Assembly (NCBI GenBank): GCA_001771285.1
Contig: METI01000187.1
Location: 1 to 58,170 of the forward strand
DNA: 58,170 nt
From: a candidate division NC10 bacterium RIFCSPLOWO2_12_FULL_66_18
Lineage (GTDB): Bacteria; Methylomirabilota; Methylomirabilia; Methylomirabilales; 2-02-FULL-66-22
Direction of reading: 5' to 3'
This document shows, piece after piece, positions 53,246-58,170 of the stretch (its first letter is position 1; every line of letters starts with the position of its first letter). Both the position numbers and the translations under genes were made by a program. The notes under the pieces were generated by a model. That model was not told the origin of the DNA. It made no database searches and saw nothing but the letters and a program-made list of their open reading frames with translations.

Positions 53246-54421
53246 CTACTCCCCCACGGCGACCTTGAGGCCGTGAGACCGCAGGAGCTTCCCGGCAATG
53301 ATGAGTCGCTGGATGTCCGAGGTCCCATCCAGAATCCGGTAGGCGCGGACGTCGCGATAGAAGCGCTCGACGGGCGTCGGCTTCATGAAGCCCATGGCCC
53401 CGTGAATCTGGACCCCCATATCGGCGATCTGTCCGGCCGCCTCGGAGCTGAACAGCTTGGCCATGGACGCCTCCTGGACGGCCTCCTCCCCCTGGTCGAT
53501 CTTGCGGGCGGTCTGGTACAGCATCAGGCGCCCGGCGTGCAGCAGCGTGGCCATGTCCGCCAGCTTGAGCCGGACGGCCTGAAACGCCCCGATCGGCTTC
53601 CCGAATTGTTCGCGGGTGACGGCGTATTGAAGACTCAGCTCCAGGATCCGCTGGGATGCCCCGACCGACCGCGCGGCCGCCCAGAGGCGCGCCCGATCCA
53701 GGATCTTCCGCATCACATCGAACCCCCCGCCCACTGCCCCCACCACGTTGGCCGCGGGGACCTCGCAATCCTGGAAGACCACCTCCGCGCTCTCGGAGCC
53801 CCGCAGCCCCATCTCGTCGTCCTTGGACCCGACGCTGAAGCCGGGGAACTCCCGCTCCACGATGAAGACCGTGATCCCGCCCTTGGCCTTCCGGGCCGGA
53901 TCGGTGACGGCCGTCACGATGAAGGTGCCGGCGATGGCCGCGCGGCTGATGTACAGCTTGCTCCCGTTCAGGATGTACCGATCCCCCTTGCGCACGGCGC
54001 TCGTCCGGATCCCCGTGGCATCCGATCCCGCCGTCGGCTCGGTGAGACAGAAGCTGGCCAGGCGCTCCCCACGGGCCAGGGGTGGCAGGTACTTCTGCTT
54101 TTGCTCCTCGTTCCCCGCCAGCGCGATGGTCGCCGCCGGGGCGGTCGGGCAGATCACCATGCTGACCGCGCCGTTCGTGCGGGACAGCTCCTCCAGCGCC
54201 ACCACCGACCCCAGTTCGCCGAATCCGGTCCCGCCATATTCGGGCGGGATGGACAGCCCGAACAGGCCCATCTCCGCCGCCTTCTTCAAGAGGATCGACG
54301 GAATCCGGGCGTCACGCTCGATCTGCTCCGCCAGGGGCTCCGCCTCGTTCTCGACGAAGGCCCGGACGGCCTTCCGCAGGAGTTCAATCTCTTCCGGCAG
54401 GGCAAGAGTCATCGCCGTCAT
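53246..54421 (-). CDS. Acyl-CoA dehydrogenase
   Basis: MTAMTLALPEEIELLRKAVRAFV...CLTEPTAGSDA...YRDVRAYRILDGTSDIQ. ATG 54421 overlaps the gntR stop (ATGA). Confidence 0.9.
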   Translation of the reverse strand: MTAMTLALPEEIELLRKAVRAFVENEAEPLAEQIERDARIPSILLKKAAEMGLFGLSIPPEYGGTGFGELGSVVALEELSRTNGAVSMVICPTAPAATIALAGNEEQKQKYLPPLARGERLASFCLTEPTAGSDATGIRTSAVRKGDRYILNGSKLYISRAAIAGTFIVTAVTDPARKAKGGITVFIVEREFPGFSVGSKDDEMGLRGSESAEVVFQDCEVPAANVVGAVGGGFDVMRKILDRARLWAAARSVGASQRILELSLQYAVTREQFGKPIGAFQAVRLKLADMATLLHAGRLMLYQTARKIDQGEEAVQEASMAKLFSSEAAGQIADMGVQIHGAMGFMKPTPVERFYRDVRAYRILDGTSDIQRLIIAGKLLRSHGLKVAVGE

Positions 54422-55122
54422 CGCCCCCGTTTCGACGCAGATTCCCGGAGTTGCGTCTGGGTGAGAAACTTGATGATCTCCTCGCCGCCCGCGAGGATGT
54501 GATCCCGCCACAGGCGTTCCGCGAGCTCCGCATTCCGCTCTTCCAACGCCGCCAGGATGGCGGCATGCTCCGCGTTCCGCCGCTCCATGTGCCCGGGCAC
54601 ATTGGGCGCCCCGGTCCGTCGACGGATTCCCCGATGCCACAGATCGAACAGGAGTCGTTCGAGTTGCTCGTTCCGGCTGGCCCGGAAGATCAGATGGTGC
54701 CACTGCTCGTTGGTGGCCAGCCAGCGCTTGGCGTCCTTCGCCCTGGCATACCGGGACATGTCCCGGAGATGCTGGCGCATCTTGCGAAGGTCGGATTCCG
54801 TCAGGTGGCGACAGGCCAGATGGACCGCCAGGCCTTCCAGCCGGCTGCGGGTGGCGAAGAGTTCCTCCAGCTCCGCCACCGAGATACTGGAGACCCGGAC
54901 GCCGCGCTGTGGGGCGATGACGACCAGTCCTTCTGCTTCCAAACGCGTCAGTGCCGCCCGGACCGGCATGGAGCTGATGTGCATGGCCCTGGCGATCTGC
55001 CCTGTGGAGATCAGCTCGTCGGGCCGGAGCCGGCCGTGGATGATGCCGTCTCGCAGCCGCTGGTAGGCGAGTTCCGCCAGTGTCTTGCGGGGGCCCAGGG
55101 GCCGAACGGATTTGCGGGGCAT
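54418..55122 (-). CDS. GntR-family transcriptional regulator (FadR/FCD subfamily)
   Basis: wHTH region LAYQRLRDGIIHGRLRPDELISTGQIARAMHISSMPVRAALTRLEAEGLV plus a helical C-domain. I chose ATG 55122; GTG 55128 is possible. Confidence 0.85.
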   Translation of the reverse strand: MPRKSVRPLGPRKTLAELAYQRLRDGIIHGRLRPDELISTGQIARAMHISSMPVRAALTRLEAEGLVVIAPQRGVRVSSISVAELEELFATRSRLEGLAVHLACRHLTESDLRKMRQHLRDMSRYARAKDAKRWLATNEQWHHLIFRASRNEQLERLLFDLWHRGIRRRTGAPNVPGHMERRNAEHAAILAALEERNAELAERLWRDHILAGGEEIIKFLTQTQLRESASKRGR

Positions 55123-55153
55123 CCGCACCTCGCGAGCCCGGAGAGAGGGGGGG

Positions 55154-55184
55154 AAGAATCTGTGATCTTAGATCTTAGATTCCT
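55154..55184. promoter_or_regulatory. AT-rich 31-nt near-palindrome, candidate operator upstream of gntR
   Basis: aagaatctgtgatcttagatcttagattcct matches its own reverse complement at 24/31 positions (hand count). It lies 32 nt upstream of the gntR ATG. Confidence 0.4.
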
Positions 55185-55468
55185 CCCTCTATCAAAGACG
55201 GCAAACGCGTGTCAAGCGTTTTCTTGGCGCTCCGGCAACGTCTGACAAGCTGCGGAGACGTCTTTCGAGAGCTAACTCGTTGAATCCGTGGTCCGGCCCA
55301 CCAGGAGGCAGGGAATGCAAAAATCTATTTGGGATCGGGGGGGGCCGTGCGGGGAAGCGGTGAGGCGAATCCCCCGACCACCCCTCGCTCAGTCGCTCGG
55401 GCGGCGAACTCAACGTCTGCCCCGGCGAACAAATTTTCTGGGTGGACGGCAGCGCCATCTTTTCCAGC

Positions 55469-55497
55469 TTGACACCCCACGGGGCCACGGATATAGT
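55469..55497 (+). promoter_or_regulatory. Sigma70-type promoter of the fur operon
   Basis: TTGACA (55469-55474), a 17-nt spacer, then TATAGT (55492-55497), 41 nt upstream of the fur ATG. Confidence 0.6.
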
Positions 55498-55504
55498 GCG
55501 CGTG

Positions 55505-55523
55505 GAAATTGACAGTCATTTTC
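55505..55523 (+). promoter_or_regulatory. Fur box overlapping the predicted transcription start
   Basis: gaaattgacagtcattttc matches GATAATGATAATCATTATC at 14/19 positions (hand count). It is embedded in the palindrome AATTGA-N9-TCAATT. Confidence 0.6.
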
Positions 55524-55537
55524 AATTAGGACCGACC

Positions 55538-56005
55538 ATGGCCGAATCCGACCCCCGCTTCCAACGCTTTGCCGACTTCCTGGCGCGCTCGGGCCTCAAG
55601 ACCACCCGGCAGCGCGAGCGGATTGTGCACGCGTTCTTCGCCGCCGGCCGGCACCTCAGCGCAGAGGAACTGTACAACCGCATCCAGACCCAGGATCCCG
55701 GCATCGGCCTGGTGACGGTGTACCGGACCCTGAAGCTCTTGCGGCAGGCCGGACTGGCGACGGAACGCCAGTTTGGCGAAGCCTATACCCGCTTCGACCC
55801 CAATCCGGCCGACTGGCCCCATGATCACCTGATCTGCAAACGCTGCGGCAAGATCCAGGAGTTCGAGGATGCCGGACTCCACTCCCTGCGGGAGAAGATC
55901 GCTCGCAGCCTGGGCTTTACCGTGACCGAACACAAGCTGGAACTCTATGGCTTCTGCCGCGACTGCGCGCGCCTGGGGAAGGGCCGGGCGGCGCGTACCG
56001 CTTGA
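55538..56005 (+). CDS. fur: Fur-family metalloregulator
   Basis: 155 aa, TRQRERIVHAFF...SAEELY...VTVYRTLKLL...HDHLICKRCGKIQEF...FCRDC. The track ORF start at 55442 is over-extended. Confidence 0.85.
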   Translation: MAESDPRFQRFADFLARSGLKTTRQRERIVHAFFAAGRHLSAEELYNRIQTQDPGIGLVTVYRTLKLLRQAGLATERQFGEAYTRFDPNPADWPHDHLICKRCGKIQEFEDAGLHSLREKIARSLGFTVTEHKLELYGFCRDCARLGKGRAARTA

Positions 56006-56023
56006 CCCTGAAGGAGATCCCGA

Positions 56024-56716
56024 ATGCACCTCCCCCACCCCGCTCCACCGACTGACGAGGTCCTGGAAGACTGCCTGCAGGCCATCCACCGGCTGGAAGG
56101 CCAGGGCGGCCCCGCCAACCTGCGGGAGGTGGCCGCCTTCGCCCGCATCACCCCAGCCACCGCGAGTGAGGCTTTGCGGGACCTCCAGGACCGCGGCCTC
56201 GTGCGAAACGGCCAGCCGGGCAGCGTCACCCTGACCAGCGAGGGCCGGCGACAGGCGGCGGGCGTCCCGCGTCGCCACCGCCTGTCCGAGCGGCTCTTCG
56301 CCGACGTCCTCGGGTTGCCCTGGGACCGGGTGCACGATGAGGCCATGCGGCTTGAACACGCGCTGACGCCGGAGGCCGAGGCGCGGCTCGCCACCCTCCT
56401 GAATCACCCGGAGACCTGCCCGCACGGCGGTCCGATCCCGGCCCCTGACGGCAGCCTGACCGTGCCGCCGACCCGGCCGCTGGACGGGGTGCCGGCCGGA
56501 ACCCGTGTGTGGATCCAGCAGATCATCGAGGAAGAGGCAACGCTCCTCCGGTACCTGGCCAGCCTCGGGCTGCTCCCGCGCACGGAACTCCGGGTGGAAG
56601 AGGTCGCCCCGTTCGGCGGGCCGCTCCTGGTGCAGGTGGGGGACGCGCGCTACGCCCTGGGGCGCGAGGTGGCCGCCAAGATCCTGATCCGGCTCTCATC
56701 CGAACAGGGGGACTGA
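56024..56716 (+). CDS. DtxR/IdeR/MntR-family metal-dependent regulator with a C-terminal FeoA/SH3-like domain
   Basis: RRHRLSERLFADVLGLPWDRVHDEAMRLEHAL...LNHPETCPHG, plus a C-terminal domain. AAGGAG lies 7 nt upstream of the ATG. Confidence 0.85.
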   Translation: MHLPHPAPPTDEVLEDCLQAIHRLEGQGGPANLREVAAFARITPATASEALRDLQDRGLVRNGQPGSVTLTSEGRRQAAGVPRRHRLSERLFADVLGLPWDRVHDEAMRLEHALTPEAEARLATLLNHPETCPHGGPIPAPDGSLTVPPTRPLDGVPAGTRVWIQQIIEEEATLLRYLASLGLLPRTELRVEEVAPFGGPLLVQVGDARYALGREVAAKILIRLSSEQGD

Positions 56717-56719
56717 TCC

Positions 56720-58170
56720 ATGCCCATGAGCTGCCACGGGGCCCTGCAGGAACTGCGAGGCGATGTCCAGCTCTCCATCGCCCTGGCCGGGAACCCCAAT
56801 GTCGGCAAGTCCAGCATCTTCAACCGCCTCACCGGCATGGGCGTCATCACGGCGAACTACCCGGGAAAGACGGTGGAGGTTCAACTCGCGGAGACCCGGT
56901 TCGGGGATCGCTCCATCGGGATCATTGACCTGCCCGGCACCTATGCCCTGGGCGGCATCTCGGAGGATCAGTGGGTTGCCCGCCAGGCCCTCCTGGACGG
57001 CAAGCCGGATGCCGTCATCCTGGTCCTGGACGCCACCAATCTGGCGCGCAACCTGTACCTCGGGCTCCAGATCCTGGACATGGGCCTGCCCATGGTTGTG
57101 GCCCTGAACGTCGTGGACCAGGCCAAGGCCCGCGGCATTCAGGTGGATGCAGAACGGCTGGCGCAGATCCTCGGCAGCCCCGTCGTCCCGACGGTCGCCA
57201 CGCGCGGCACCGGCCTGGATGCCCTGATGGCCCGGGCGGTGGATCGTGCGACGCATCCCGCGCCGCTGCCGCCGCGGCTGCGCTACAGCGTGGACGTGGA
57301 AGGAGCCATCGGCAAGCTCGAAAAGCGGCTGGCCGCTCGTGCCGACCGGCCCCACGGGCTCTCGCCCCGGGCCGTCGCCACCCTGCTCTTGGAGGGCGAC
57401 CCCGAGGTGGGCGCCTGGCTGGCCGGCATGGACGAGGCGGACGACCTCGTCCGCCTGCGGGACGAGATGCTCGCGGTCCTGCGGGATCTTCGCGGCGAGG
57501 ACGCGGCGCTCCTCCTCTCCCGGGAGCGGCATGGTCTCGCCGGGCTGATCGCGGTCGAGGTGGAACGCCGCGAGGCCCGCCGACCGCTCGTCGCCGACCG
57601 CCTCTGGCGGCTCACCACGGCGCCCCTCACCGGCCTTCCCCTGCTCGGCCTGGTGCTGGCGGGAATCTTCGGCTTCCTCTTCTACGTCGGCGATTGGCTC
57701 TCCACCGGGTTCAGTGCCCTGTGGACCGCCTACGCCTCGCCGGTCATCCAGTGGCCATTCCGTGCCCTGCTGGGGGACGGGATGCTGTCCCGGACGCTGC
57801 TCTGGGGATTCGACGCCGGGATCAATGCCGCCCTGGCCGTGGGCATCCCTTACGTCCTGACGTTCTATATTCTCCTGGCCCTGCTGGAGGACACGGGATA
57901 CCTGAACGCCGTGGCCTTCCTGACCGACCAGGTCATGCACAAGATGGGGCTGCACGGGCGGGCGGTCATCCCGCTGGTGGCGGGCGCCGGGTGCAACGTG
58001 CCGGCCATCATGGGCACCCGCGTCCTGGGCAGCATGCGCGAGCGCGTCATCGCCAGTACCTTGATTGTCCTCACCCCGTGCAGCGCCCGGACGGCTGTGA
58101 TCCTGGGCGCCGTGTCCCTGACCGCGGGCTGGAAAGCCGCCCTGGCGATCTATGCCGTCACCTGCGCCCT
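56720..58170 (+). CDS. feoB: Ferrous iron transporter FeoB, 3'-truncated by the window end (not in the supplied ORF track)
   Basis: Translated by hand from ATG 56720: LAGNPNVGKSSIFNRLTG...ANYPGKTVE...IDLPGTYAL (G1-G3), followed by membrane segments ...GAGCNVPAIMGTR. The frame is open to nt 58170. Confidence 0.9.
   Translation, partial: MPMSCHGALQELRGDVQLSIALAGNPNVGKSSIFNRLTGMGVITANYPGKTVEVQLAETRFGDRSIGIIDLPGTYALGGISEDQWVARQALLDGKPDAVILVLDATNLARNLYLGLQILDMGLPMVVALNVVDQAKARGIQVDAERLAQILGSPVVPTVATRGTGLDALMARAVDRATHPAPLPPRLRYSVDVEGAIGKLEKRLAARADRPHGLSPRAVATLLLEGDPEVGAWLAGMDEADDLVRLRDEMLAVLRDLRGEDAALLLSRERHGLAGLIAVEVERREARRPLVADRLWRLTTAPLTGLPLLGLVLAGIFGFLFYVGDWLSTGFSALWTAYASPVIQWPFRALLGDGMLSRTLLWGFDAGINAALAVGIPYVLTFYILLALLEDTGYLNAVAFLTDQVMHKMGLHGRAVIPLVAGAGCNVPAIMGTRVLGSMRERVIASTLIVLTPCSARTAVILGAVSLTAGWKAALAIYAVTCA

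Noticed and set aside
55219-55232. ttttcttggcgctc, resembling the right arm of the MITE-like element and raising the possibility of a third copy.
   Set aside because: Only about 10 nt match (ttcttggcgc). The rest of the arm and the partner arm are absent. This is too short to separate from chance.
55315-55512. A 65-codon ORF (MQKSIWDRGG...) with a textbook AGGAGG-N6-ATG, in the gntR-fur intergenic region.
   Set aside because: By hand count, about 27 of 64 codons end in A/T, far below the GC3 of real genes here. The peptide is Arg-rich low complexity. The ORF runs through the fur promoter and ends in the Fur box. It is probably non-coding, although the 240 nt at 55230-55468 remain unexplained.
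1-58170. Search for CRISPR arrays, tRNA/rRNA genes, and prophage, defence-system or toxin-antitoxin genes.
   Set aside because: The only direct repeats are a 2-copy 15-mer and short heptamer arrays. No intergenic stretch shows tRNA-like T-arm or anticodon architecture. Every sizeable ORF is accounted for by transport, catabolic or regulatory families, or by the IS transposase.

Overview
A 58.2-kb high-GC bacterial chromosomal window; I cannot assign a taxon from sequence alone. Three parts can be supported.

(1) 1-4241, plus strand: the tail of an M16 peptidase, followed by a small phenolic-lipid-type biosynthetic cluster. The cluster is a type III PKS, a SAM methyltransferase, a YceI lipid-binding protein and an FAD oxidoreductase. 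It is interrupted and flanked by short AT-rich repeat elements.

(2) 4302-55122, minus strand only: about 48 tightly packed co-directional genes, with many ATGA or TGATG stop/start overlaps.
- Uptake genes: five TRAP transporters, one Liv-type ABC system, and one sugar-type ABC system with no ATPase gene.
- Paralogous enzyme modules present in two copies each: YdiF-like CoA-transferase, cyclase/formamidase-family protein, HpcH/HpaI aldolase, RidA, cupin, HyuA/HyuB, and enoyl-CoA hydratase.
- Single-copy enzymes: MaoC dehydratase, 3-hydroxyacyl-CoA dehydrogenase, a DSD1-type PLP enzyme, an orphan flavoprotein, an M24 peptidase, an acyl-CoA dehydrogenase, and a DUF4392 (D-glutamate-cyclase-like) gene sitting inside a TRAP operon.
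- An IS256-family element splits the two HyuAB modules.
- A GntR regulator heads the array.

(3) 55469-58170, plus strand: a fur / dtxR-like / feoB iron operon with a near-consensus sigma70 promoter and a Fur box. feoB runs off the window end and is absent from the supplied ORF track.

I found no rRNA, tRNA, CRISPR array, prophage or recognisable defence genes. The most interesting items are:
- the DUF4392-in-TRAP arrangement and the lactam / D-amino-acid theme of the island;
- a two-copy ~180-bp MITE-like element sitting in operon spacers;
- an in-frame catalytic-core deletion in one aldolase paralog;
- a low-GC TRAP module next to the IS.

Many long plus-strand ORFs in the track are antisense artefacts of high GC. 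Several minus-strand ORFs are over-extended at the N-terminus, and I re-set their starts by reading the sequence.
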